Assembly: GCF_963921235.1 (NCBI RefSeq)
Contig: NC_086097.1
Coordinates: 29,204,001 to 29,268,000, forward strand
Direction of reading: 5' to 3'
DNA length: 64,000 nt
Source of the DNA: Mobula hypostoma
Lineage: Eukaryota
Below are positions 25,501-37,213 of the stretch, piece by piece. The stretch's first letter is position 1, and each line of letters opens with the position of its first letter. The notes beneath the pieces are model-generated. The model did not search any database, had not been told where the DNA came from, and saw nothing but the letters and a program-made list of their open reading frames with translations. The position numbers and the translations under genes were made by a program.

Positions 25501-27039
25501 TGTGGCGAAACTTGCGGGCTGCCCCCAGCACAACCTTAGGTGAGTTGGTTGTTAACACAAAAGATGTATTTCCCTGTAAGTTTGATGTACATGTGATAAA
25601 TATTGTCTGTGCCAAAGTCCTAGGCACATAGACTGTACAGAGTTACAGTTTTGCACAGTACTGCAGTAATTTTATGTTTTGCACTGTACTGCTGCCGCAA
25701 AAGATACAAATGTCATGACATACGTGAGTGACAATAAACCTGATTCTGATTTGGGTCTCTATTGTGGACTGAGAATGGGAAGGGGGCAGGGAAAGGGGAA
25801 TCATAGTTGGGAAAAGGGGAAGGGAGAGCGGAGGGAATGGGATGCATCAGAGAGACATTCTGCAATGATCAATAACCCAATTGTTTGCAATCGAATGGCC
25901 TTACCTGGTGTCTCAGGGCTGAGTGTGTCTGCACCCACACCTGGCACTACTTCTCTACCACACCCCGCCCGTGGCACTCCACCCTCGCCATTCCCAACAT
26001 CCGTTGCTCTCGCCAGTTTACGAACCCGCTCTCCGCTCCACGTTGACAAATACAGTACTGTGCACAAGTCTGAGGTGTATATATTTGATTAAGAGTTCTG
26101 CACAGTACTATACATTTTAATCTGACTCTGAATCTAACTTTGAGACGTTTGGAGGAAAGTATAGGGGTGATGTCAGAAGTAGGTTTTGAACACCGAGAGT
26201 GTAGGTGCGTGGGATGTCCTGGCAGGGGTTGGTGGTAGAGGCAGATAGAACAGGGACATTTAAGAGACTCTTACATAGGCACATGGATGAAAGAACAACG
26301 GAGGCCGGTGTGGAATGGAATGGTTAGATTGATCTTGGAGTAAAAGAACAAAAAATATTACCTTTAAATTACTATGTCATGAAAGCCTGTGGACTTACTG
26401 GTAATTGGTTCATTATTGCCATATGCACTGAGATAGAAGGAAAAGCATTTTCTTTGTGTGCCATCCAGACGGATAATGGCGAATGGAACTAGTATTGGCA
26501 TGGACAATGGTTGACATGAACATTGTCTGTACTACGGCTGACATACCATTATACACACTGACACCACTGAAGTGCCTGTTTCATAGAACAGGAGCAGGGC
26601 CTTCAGCCCGTGATGTTGTACAGACATTGCAAACTAGTAATGAAGTGCCTAACTAAGCAGCCAATACAATGTTCAAATCCCTCTATTCTCTGCAGATCCA
26701 TGTGCCTATCTTAGAGCCTCTTAAAATCCCCTGTTGAATCTGCCTCCATCACCACCCCTGGCAGCGCATTCCTGGCCCCCACCATTCCCTGTGAAAAAGT
26801 AAATTTCTCCACACATCTCCTTAAATGCATGCCCGCTGGTATGGGAAAAATATACTGGCTGTCCGTCCTATCTGTGCTTTGCATAATGTTATGAATTTGA
26901 ATCCGTTCTCCCTGCAGCCTCCACTGCTCCAGAGAGTTTCTATGTTCTGCACCTTGGTGACTCCATTTCAAGATGATTACTTGGTAGATTAACCAACTAA
27001 CACTGCTGCAAGTATACCCAGAGATCACTTTGTTAAGTA

Positions 27040-27455
27040 CCTCCTGTACCTCTTATTATTTGAGTTACCGTCACCTTCCTGTCAGCTTGAACCAGTCTGG
27101 CCATTCTCCTCCGATCTCTCTCATTAACTAGGCGCTTTCGCTCAGGGAACTGGATGTTTTTCTTTGTTTTTCGCACCATTCTCTGTAAACTCTAAACTGA
27201 GACTGTTGTGCATGAAAATCCCAGGAGATCAGCAATTTTTGAGATACTCAAACTCCTCGCCCTCCGGCAGCAACAATCATTAAATGGTCAAAGTCTCTTA
27301 GATTACATTTATTCCCCATTCTGATGTTCAGTCTGAACAACAACTGAACCTCTTGACCATGTCTGCATGCTTTTATTCATTGAGTTGCTGCCACATGATG
27401 ATTGGCTGATTAGATATTGACACTAATGAGCAGATGTACTCCATAAATTGGCCAT
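27040..27455 (-). mobile_element. Tc1-like non-autonomous DNA transposon fragment
   Basis: Reverse complement of the 59201-59620 family; degenerate TIR near 27431-27453. Confidence 0.75.
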
Positions 27456-28152
27456 CGTACCTGTGCATATGTAAGTGGTTTAGATGCTCCAGTGCCCAGC
27501 ATCGCAAGAGTCCGCAGATGGTTGTAGCCTCGGCCAACTCCATCACGGGGCAACCCACTCCACCATCAAGAACATCTGCAAGAGATAGTTCCTCCGAGAG
27601 GCAGCATCCGCCAGTAAGAACCCTCATCAGCTGGGACATACCATCAGTGCGGAGATATAGGAGCTCGAAGGTCCACATTCAACATTTTCCCCTCCACCAC
27701 TGGAATTATCCATGAACCCATGGACACTAGCTCGCTATTCATCTTTTGCTCTACAGTGGATTCTGGTTAACTGGGCCATCGGTTAATTGGGGCAGCCGCT
27801 TATTTGGGACCACTCTTAAAGAACAAAAACTAACCGAGAAAATAGCTGGAATTCCCTTTGTTCATTTGGGATACTATGACTCTTTCTCAGTGGGTGACAA
27901 TCAGCACGAGAGAATATTCGTTGGTGACGAATACAAGGATTGAACAGAGCTTGGGTGCTAGTCAGCTTTTATCTTTACGGCATCAATCAGCGCAGGGCCA
28001 ATAAAAAGAAAGGAGCTGTAAACGAAGCAGCCAATGTTAGAGTTGTCCAGTTTTGGCTCAACAGGAATGGGCACACACAGCTGGAGGTTCTAAGTAAGTA
28101 AGAACTTTTCCAGTAAGTTTTTTTCTGTTAGTACATATCTAGTGCGCTAAGA

Positions 28153-28790
28153 ATGCATCCAGAGTTAGCGGTATGTTCCTTGTGTGAGATGTGGGGACTT
28201 TGGGAAACCTCCAGTCTCCCTGATAACTACGTCTGCACCAACTGCACTGAGTTGCAGCTCCAAACAGACCGTGTTAAGGAACTGGAGCTGCACATTGATG
28301 ACCCTTGACTCAGACAGGAAAATGAGGACAGGATAGATAGGGGCTACAGGCAGGTAGTCACCCCTAAGATGCAGGAGGCAGGTGCCTGGGTGAACGTCAG
28401 GAGAGGGAAAAGGAATAGGCAGTCAGTGCAGAATACTCCTGTGGTCATTCCCATCAATGATAAGTATACCACTTTGGATACTGTTGGGAGGATGACCTAC
28501 CAGGGAAAGCCACAGCGACCAGGTCTCTGGCGTTGGCTCTGTGGCTCAGAGGGGAAGGGGGAAGTAGAGGAATGAGGTAGTGATAGGGGATTCCATAACT
28601 AGAGGAGCAGAAAGGGAGCCTGTGGATGTGAAAGAGACACCCAGGTGGTATGTTGCCTCCCAGATGCCAGGGTCAGGGATGTCTTAGGTCGGGATCCACA
28701 GCATTCTAAATGGAGAAAGCGAACAACTGTAAGTTGTGGTACATATTGGCACCAACAACAGAGGTAGGATAATGGAGGAGGTCCTATATT
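28153..28790 (+). pseudogene. CR1 ORF1 (zinc finger, coiled coil, SGNH esterase) remnant
   Basis: MHPELAVCSLCEMWGLWETSSLPDNYVCTNCTELQL.., then GDS, VCCLPDARVRD and VHIGTN motifs with stops and frameshifts; homologous to 40201-41136. Confidence 0.88.
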
Positions 28791-29138
28791 CTGCATGGAG
28801 TAGTGTCAGAATCTAACAATAATTAAATATTGTTAGGTGAATGGCTTTTAATTTGGTCCAGTGGGATAATTTTTTCAGCTAGTGTCAAATCCTTTTGTCG
28901 CATCTTGTCAAGGGTCTGAAATTTTTAAAATTCAAAATAAGCAAACAAAATTATCAAAAACCATCGCTTTTTGATTTGGCACCCGTCGCCCCAGATGGAT
29001 AACATAGCATAAGCATTCATAAATGACGCTATTTAAAAACAGTTGGCTCTAAGCATAGTGCAGTGTCCAATGGCCACACAAGTGCACGTGACTGGCACTA
29101 GTTAGGAACTATTCAGCAGCAGTCCCCTGTCCCCATTA

Positions 29139-30480
29139 AGACCAGAAGACCATACACCTAGGAGCAGAATTATAACATTTGGCCCATCAAGTCTGCTCCA
29201 TCATCCCATTCTCCTACCTTCTCTCCGTAACCTTTGACACCCTGATTCATCAAGAACCTATCAACCTCCACCTTAAGTATACCCAATGACTTGGCCTGCA
29301 CAGACGTTTGTAGCAAAGAATTCCACAGAATCACCACCCTCTAGACCAAGTGATTTTTCCTTGTCTCTGTTCTAAAGGGACATCCCTCAATTCTGAGGCT
29401 GTGCCTTCTGGTCCAAACCCCCCCCCCCCTCTATAGGAAACATCTGCTCTATCCAGACCTTTCAATATTTGATAGGTTTCATTGAGATCCACCCATCATC
29501 CTTTGAAACTCCAGTGAGTACAGGCCCAGAGGCATCAAATGCTGCTCATATGATAAGGCTTTAATTCCTGGAATCATTCTCGTAAACTTCCTCTGGATTC
29601 TCTCCAGTGCTAGCTCATCCTTTCTTTTAGATAAGGGTTCAAAACTGCACACAACATTTCAAATGTGGTCTGACTAATACCTTATAAAGCCTCAGCATTA
29701 CATCCTTGCTTTTATATTCTAGTTCTCTTGAAATGACTGCATTTGCATTTGACCTTTAGGGAATCCAGCACGATGACTCCCAAGTCCCTCTGACTCTGAT
29801 TTTTGAAGCTTTTCCCTGTTTACAAAGTAGTAAATGCCTTTATTTCTTCTGCCAAAGTGCATGATTATGCACTTCCCTACATTAAATTCCATCTGCCTCT
29901 TCTTCGCCCATTCCCCCAATCTGTCAAATTCTTTCTCCAGCCTCAGTATTTCCTCAACACAACCTGCCCTTCCACCTACCTTCATATCGTCCACAGACTT
30001 GGACACAAAGTGTTCAGTTCTGATATTCAAATCACTGATATTCAACATGAAAAGAATCGGTCCCAACACCGACCCCTGTAGAACACCACTAGTCACTGGC
30101 AGCCAACAAGAGAAGGCCACCTTTATTCCACTCTTTGCCTCCTGCCAATCAGCCATTCTTCTATCCATTCGACAACCATGGGCTGTTAGTTTATTGTTGA
30201 AAATTCAAATAAACACCATCCAGTGACTCTCCCTTGCTTATTCTACCTGTTATTTCCTCACAGAAATGCACCAAGCAAGATTCCCCCTTTAGAAAACCAT
30301 GCTGACTTTGGCCTGTTTTATCATGGGCCCCCAAATACCCTGAAACCTCGATAATAGACTTCAAAATCTTCCCAACCACTGAAGTTAGGCTAACAGGCCT
30401 ATAATTTCCTTTCTTCTGCCTCCCTCTCTTCTTAAAGAGTGGAGCGACTTTTGAAATTTTCCAGTTCTCTTCCTCCACCA
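29139..30480 (-). mobile_element. CR1 LINE ORF2/3' portion, degraded, with internal deletion
   Basis: GNYRPVSLTSVVGK, QHGFLKG and GVLQGSVLGP motifs; agacca tail near 29139. Confidence 0.9.
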
Positions 30481-30489
30481 TTGATGGTA

Positions 30490-31475
30490 TCTTCAAAGGC
30501 ATTTCCTCCATTTCCCAGACAGGCACTCTCACCCCATCTTCCTGCCACTTTAACGGTGATGGAGTTCCTCTTGTCTTTACCTACCACCCCATCCAATACG
30601 TCATACTTCACAACTTCCACCATCTCCTACCACCTAACCTCCCCACCTCTCCACTCCCTCCGTGATTCCCTTGTCCATTCATCCCGCCTCACTGATCTTC
30701 CTCCCGGCACTTGCCCCTGCAAGCAGCCAATGTACTACACTTGCCCATTCACCTCCATCCTCGCCTCCATTCAGGGCCCCAAGCAGTCCTTTCAGGTGAG
30801 GCAACACTTCACCTGTGAATCTGCTGGGGTTGTCTATTGTATCTGGTGCTCCTGATGCAGCCTCCTCTACATTGGTGAGACCCATCACAAATTGGGGTCC
30901 GCTTTGTTGAACACCTCTGCTCCATCTACCAAAAGCAGAACTTTCTGTTGGCCAAACATTTTAATTTGAATTTCCATTCCTGTTCCAATATATCAGTCCA
31001 TGGCCTCCTCTTACCCAGGTGAGGCCACCCTCAGAGTGGAGGATCGACACCTTGTATTCCATCTGAGTAGCCTCCAACCTGATATTGATTTCTCCTTCCA
31101 GTAAAAAAAATCCCCCTTCTTCCATTCCCCACTTTGGCCTCTTAATTCTTCTCTCTGCCTATCACCTCCACCTGGGTCCCCTCCTCCTTCCCTTTCTCCC
31201 ATGGTCCACTCTCCTCTCCCATCAAATTCCTTCTCCTCCAGCCCTTTACCTTTCCCACCCACTTCGCTTCACCTATCACCTTCTAGCTAGCCTCCTTCCC
31301 TTCTTCCCATCTTTTTTATTTTGGCATCTTCCCCCTTCCTTTCCAGCCCTGAAGAAGGGTCTCGGCCCCGACTGTTGATTCATTTCCATAGGTGCTGCCT
31401 GACCTGCTGAGTTCCTCCAGCATTTTGTCTGTGTTGCCTTGGATTTCCAGCATCTACAGAATCTCTTGTGTCTAT
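30490..31475 (+). mobile_element. Penelope-like element 3' part with GIY-YIG endonuclease remnant
   Basis: CPC..CPF..FQVRQHFTCESAGVVYCIWCS*CSLLYIGET, followed by a terminal repeat with a deleted hammerhead motif. Confidence 0.88.
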
Positions 31476-32194
31476 TATTTGCACTAGGTATACGTACTGA
31501 TTTTATTCACTTACAGTCAATCAAAAAAACACGACAACAGCATGCATTGGATAAATTTCTCCATCGATAACTATAAGGGACTAATACTATTTTATAATGC
31601 TGTAGTAGTATTGGTAGTGTTTTAATTTGTTCTGTATTTCAGTTAAGTGCATAATTTGTTACTCAGTTAAATTTAGTTTGTCTCTTATACCTATTTAACT
31701 ATTTCTACGAAACTTTGGCTAACTGGGGCAGCAGTTTAATTAGGCCAAAGTGTTCTGGTCCCGATGTGTCCCAATTAACTGGAATCCACGGTATTTTGTT
31801 ATTTTTGTAGCTGATAGTAATTTTTGTCTTGCACTGTGCTGCTGCCGCAAAACAACAAATTTCATGACTTATGTCGGTGATAATAAACCTGAAGCTGATT
31901 GTGATTACAATGACGGCCAGCTGGTTGGTAATGAGCACGAGGGGAGACACACACCCAACAACTGCACGGTAAATAAACAGAAATGCACATGTTGCAATTA
32001 TCCCCGCCAAGGTTTAATGGCACTGGATTGATTTTAATCTGTTTATTTCTCTGACTCGTAATGCTTCCTGATCCTTGACCTTGCCCTGCTCACAGCAGAG
32101 AGCACATGGTGCTCCGAGCACAGGCTACCCAACTGAATCCGTAACCCTTCCCATGCCAGATGGGCTGCTGCATGCACACGCACAGTCAGAGAGA

Positions 32195-32196
<2 letters not shown>

Positions 32197-32232
<36 letters not shown>
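32197..32232. repeat. (CA)18 microsatellite in a CA-rich tract
   Basis: Direct read. Confidence 0.95.
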
Positions 32233-32234
<2 letters not shown>

Positions 32235-32964
32235 ATATACGCAGGTACACATTGCTCACACAGATACACATTGTGCACGCGCACACATGTACACACACAC
32301 ACACACACCTATCAACCCCCACTTTAAATAATCCAGACCTCTGCTTTAAATGTCCCATTGCTCCCGACCTCAAGGAAGGCTAGACTCAGGATTTTAACCC
32401 CAATCGATACGATGTTCGGAGTAACGTTTAAAACGACAACCAATCTGTGCACAGAGAGATCCCAAAGCAAAGTAGGGCAGAAGGTGATGCATCAAATCCC
32501 ACTCAAGGACTGTGACTGACGCTCCCCGTGTGGGAGTGGGGGAGTTCCACACCGCCCGAGGTTTTTGTCTCAACCTTACTCCACATCTGCTGCCTGGGTG
32601 CTGGTGAAAGACCCCCGAAGAGTTCATAGAACATAGAGCATAGAACAGTACAGCACAGAATGGGTCCTTCAGCCAGCGATGTTGTGCTGACCAAGATAAA
32701 CCTATTCCACAATTAATGGAACCCTTCCCGCTTTCACAGCCTATCACCTTCCATTTTCCTGACATCCATTGCCTATCCAGGAGTCACTCGGATGTCCCCA
32801 GTGTACCTGCCTCTACCAGCACCACTGGCAGTGCATTCCAAGCTCCCATCACCCTCTGTGTAAACAGCATACCTCTGAACTTTCCTTCACTGACCTGAAA
32901 TGGACGTCCTCTGGTATTAGCCATGGCTGCCCTAGGAGGAAGGTACTGGCTGTCCACTCTGACG

Positions 32965-35900
32965 TTGGAACAGAATTAGTCCATTCGACTCATCGAGACT
33001 GCTCTGACATTTCATCATGGCTGATCCATTTCCCTCTCAATCCCATTCCCCTGCCTTCGTCCCATAACCCTTCACGCCCGAACTTATCAAGAAGCTATCA
33101 ACCTCTGCCGTAAATACACTCAATGACTTGGCCTCCACAGCTGCAAGTGGCAATGAATTCTGCAGATTCACCACCCTCTGGCTAAAGAAATTTCTCCACA
33201 TCTCCGTTCTAAATGGACATCCCTCTATTCTGAGCTTGTGCCCTCTGGTCCTAGACTCCCCCACTATAGGAAACATCCTCTCCACAGCCACTCTATCCAG
33301 GCCTTTCAGCATTCAATAAGTTTCAGTGAGATAACCCGTCATTCTTCTAAATGCTAGTGACTACAGGCACAGAGCCATCAAACGCCCCTCATATGACAAG
33401 CCTTTCATTCTCAGAATCAATTCTGTGAACCTCCTTTGAACCTTCTCCAATGTCAGCACATTCTTTTTTTAGATAAGGGGCACAAAACTGCTCACAATAC
33501 TCTAAGTAAGGTCTCATCACTGCATTATAAAGCCTCAGTGTTACATTCTTGTCTTTATATTCTAGTCCTCTTGAAATGAATGCTAACATTGCATTTGCAT
33601 TTCTCAACACTGACTCAACCTGCAAGTTAGCCTTCAGGGAATCTGCATGGGAACTCCCAAGTCCCTTTGCACCTCCGATTTTAAAATTTTCTCCCACTTA
33701 GAAAATAGTCTACACCCTTATTCCTTCTACCAAAGTGCATGACCATACACTTCCCAGCACTGTATTCCATGTGACACTTCTTTGCCCATTCCCCTAATCT
33801 GTCCAAGTCTTTCTGCAGCCTCTCTGCTTCCTCAATACCATCTGCCCCTCCACCTATCTTTGTGTGGTCCACAAATTTGGCTACAAAGCCATTAATTCCA
33901 TTATCCAAATCACTGACATACTACGTAACAAGAAGCAGTCCCAACACCTGTGGAACAGCGCTAATCACAAGCAGCCAGTCAGAAACGTCTCCCTTTATTC
34001 CCACTCTTTGCTGTCCGCCAATGAGTCAGTGCTTTGTCCATGCTAATATCTTTCCTGTAATAACATGGGCTGCTATTTTCATAAGCAGCCTCATGTACTG
34101 CTGGCTCCTTGTCAAATGCCTTCAGAAAATCCAAGTACACAACATTCACCAATTCTCCTTTGTCTATCCAGTTTGTTATTTCCTCAAAGAATTCCAACAG
34201 ATTCGTCAGGGAAGATTTTCCTTCAGGAAATCATGCTGACTTTGGCTTATTTTATTATGTGCCTCCAAGTACCCTGAAACCTCATCCCTAACAATCAGCT
34301 CCAATGTCTTCCCAACCACTGAGGTCAGGTTAACTGGCCTATAATTTCCTTTCTTCTGCCTCCCTCCCTTCTTGAGGAGCAGAGTGATATTTGCAATTTT
34401 CCAGTCCTCCAGAGCCATGCCAGAATCTAGTGGTTCTTGAAAGATCATTAGTAATGCCTCCACAGTCTCATCAGCTGCATCTTTCAGAACACAGGTAGAT
34501 AGTCCATCTGATCCAAGTGACTTGTCTACTTTTAGAACTTTCAGCTTCCCAAGCACTTTCTCCTTAGTAATAGCAACTTGCTTCTGCCCCCTGACACTCT
34601 CAAACTTTCGACACACTATTAATGTCTTCCACAGTGAAGACTGAAAGCAAAATTTTATACAGTTTGTCTGCCATTTTCTTGTCTCCCATTACTATAAATC
34701 CAGTGTCATTTTCCAGCGGTTCTATATCTGCTCTCACCTCTTTTTTACTTTTTATATATCTGAAAAAGCCTTTACTATCCTCTTTGATATTATTGGCTAG
34801 CTTACCTTCATCTTCTCTCTCCTTATGGCTTTTTATGATGCCTTCTGTTGTTTTTTAAAAGCTTCCCAATTCTCTAATTTCCCACTGATTTTTGCTCTAT
34901 TATATGAGCTCTCTTTTGCTTTTATATTGGCTTTGACTTCCCTTGTCAGCCACAGTTATGTCATCCTGTCTTTAGAATATTTATTCTTCTTTGGGATGTA
35001 TCTACCCTGTACCTTTCACATTTCTGCCAAAAACCAGCCATTGTTGCTCCAATCAACGTTAGCCAAATCCTCTCTCATGCCTCTGTAATCCCCTTCACTC
35101 CACTGTAATACTGATACATCTGACTTTAACTTCTCCCTCTCAAATTGCAGGGTGAATTCTATCATATTATGATCACCGCTTCCTTAGAGTTCCTTTACCT
35201 TAAGCTCCCTCATCAAATCCGGTTCATTACACAACACCCAATCCAGAATAGCTGGCCCCCTAGTAGGCTCAACCACAAGTTGCTCTAAAAATCCATATTG
35301 TTGAAGTTCTACAAATTCTCTCTCTTGGGATCCAAAATCAGCACCAACCAGATTTCCCAATCTACCTGCATATTGAAGTCCCTCATGACTGTCATAACAT
35401 TGCCCTTTTGACATGCATTTTGTATCTCCCATTGTAATTGTACTGTTCAGAGGCCTGTATGTAACTCCCATCAGGGGCTTTTTACTCTGGCAGTTCCTTA
35501 ACTCAATCAACAACAACTCCACATCTTCTGATCTTATGTCACCTCTTTCTCAGGATTTGATTTCATTTCTTACCAAAAGAGCCATGACACCCTCTCTTCC
35601 TACCTGCCTGTCCTTTCGATATAATGTCTATACTCAGACGTTAAGCTCCCAACCATAATGTTCTTTCAGCCACGACTCCGTGATGCCTACGATGTCATAC
35701 CTGCCAATCTCTAACACACTATAAGACCATTGATCTTATTTCATATACTGTGTGCATTCAAATATAACATCTTCAGTCCTGTATTCATCACCCTTTTTGA
35801 TCTTGTTCTCCTGTTACTCTGCAACTCATTCCATTGACTGCAATTTTGCTTGTTCCTGACAGTTCCACGATACACCTGCCTCTGCTTGTATATCAACTAA

Positions 35901-36047
35901 CTGCTCTATCTCTCAGTTTCTGATCCTCCTGCCAAATTAGTTTAAAACCTCCTCAACAGTTCCTACAAACCTGTCCGCAAGGATATCAGTCCCCCTTGGG
36001 TTCAGATGTAATGCATCTCTTTTGTACAGGTCACACCTTCCCCAGAT
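32965..36047 (-). mobile_element. Older CR1 LINE: whole degraded ORF2 plus ORF1 3' end
   Basis: Ordered EN and RT fragments (35184-35522, 34206-34616, 33979-34197, 33681-33908, 33389-33697, 33037-33312), colinear with the 37-41 kb copy. Confidence 0.93.
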
Positions 36048-36139
36048 CATTTACCTTATTCTGTAAATCAAGTGGATTTTATCATGTTAGTTCTTATGGA
36101 TAGAGTAACTACTGTGTTACCTACATTACTTTTCATGGC

Positions 36140-36545
36140 TATGGACCTGTACTGCTGGAGTTTAGAAGTATGAGGGGGGATCTCATTGAAACCTATCGAA
36201 TATTGAAAGGCCGTGATAGAGTGGATATGGAACGGATGCATCCAATAGTAGGGGACCAGCAGGCACAGCCTCAGAATACAAGGATATCCCTTTTGATCAG
36301 AGTTGAGGAGGAATTTCCAAAGCCAGAGGTTTGTGCATCTGAGGAATTCATTGCCACATATGGCTGTGGAGGCCAAGTCATTGGATATATTTAAAAGCAG
36401 AGGTTTTTAAAGTTCTTGATTGGTAACGGCCTTAAAAATATGGAGAGAAGACAGGGAAATGAGGTTGAGAGAGATAATAAATCGGCCATGATGGAATGGT
36501 GAACCAGGTGTGATGGGCCAAATTGCCTTACGGTGTTATGATCTC
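36140..36545 (+). mobile_element. CR1 LINE 3' fragment
   Basis: MRGDLIETYRILKG motif and 3' UTR. Confidence 0.8.
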
Positions 36546-37213
36546 ATTACATCATAGACTGCAGATCAGAGGCTTTGAGAAGGATTGGATAAGGTCAGAG
36601 ATGTTGGGGCAGTTCAGGGGCACTGGAAAGGATTGGATGAGGTCATGAAAGTCCGTGTCATTGAACTGAGGACACTTCTTCAAAAAAAGTTGGTAACAAG
36701 GAAAATAATTTGGGAAATGCGGGGGATGGGCTTTCAAAGTGAAAGTAAGTCAAGGTGAATTTATTATGAAAGTGCATATATGTCATTATATACTAACTTG
36801 AGATTCATTTTCTTTCAGGCATTACAGGAAAAAATAAAATACAAAAGAATTTATGAAAAATTATTCATAAACAAAGACTGACAAACAACCACGTGCAAAA
36901 GAAGACAAATTGTGCAAAGAAAAAAAGTTACTGAGAAGATGAGTTAGAGAGTCCTTGAAAGTGAGCCTGTTGGTTGAAGAATGTGTTCAGTGTTGGGGTG
37001 AGTGAAGTTACCCATACTGGCTCAGGAACTTGATGCTTAAAGGGTAATAACTGTTCCTGAACTTGCTGGTGTGGGAACAAAGGCTCCTGCACCTCCTATC
37101 TAGTGGTGGTAGACCATAAGACCATAAGACCATAAGCCAAAGGAGCAAAAGTTGGCCATTCGGCCCATCGAGTCTGCTCTGCCATTTTACCATGAGCTGA
37201 TCCATTCTCCCAT

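Larger units (their letters stand above)
27754..31791. mobile_element. Tigger/pogo-like DNA transposon remnant enclosing three retroelement fragments
   Basis: TA|cagtggattctggttaactggg ... cccaattaactggaatccacgg|TA (18/22 inverted match); the flanks rejoin into one Rex-type 3' UTR. Superfamily inferred from TA duplication and CAGT terminus. Confidence 0.78.
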
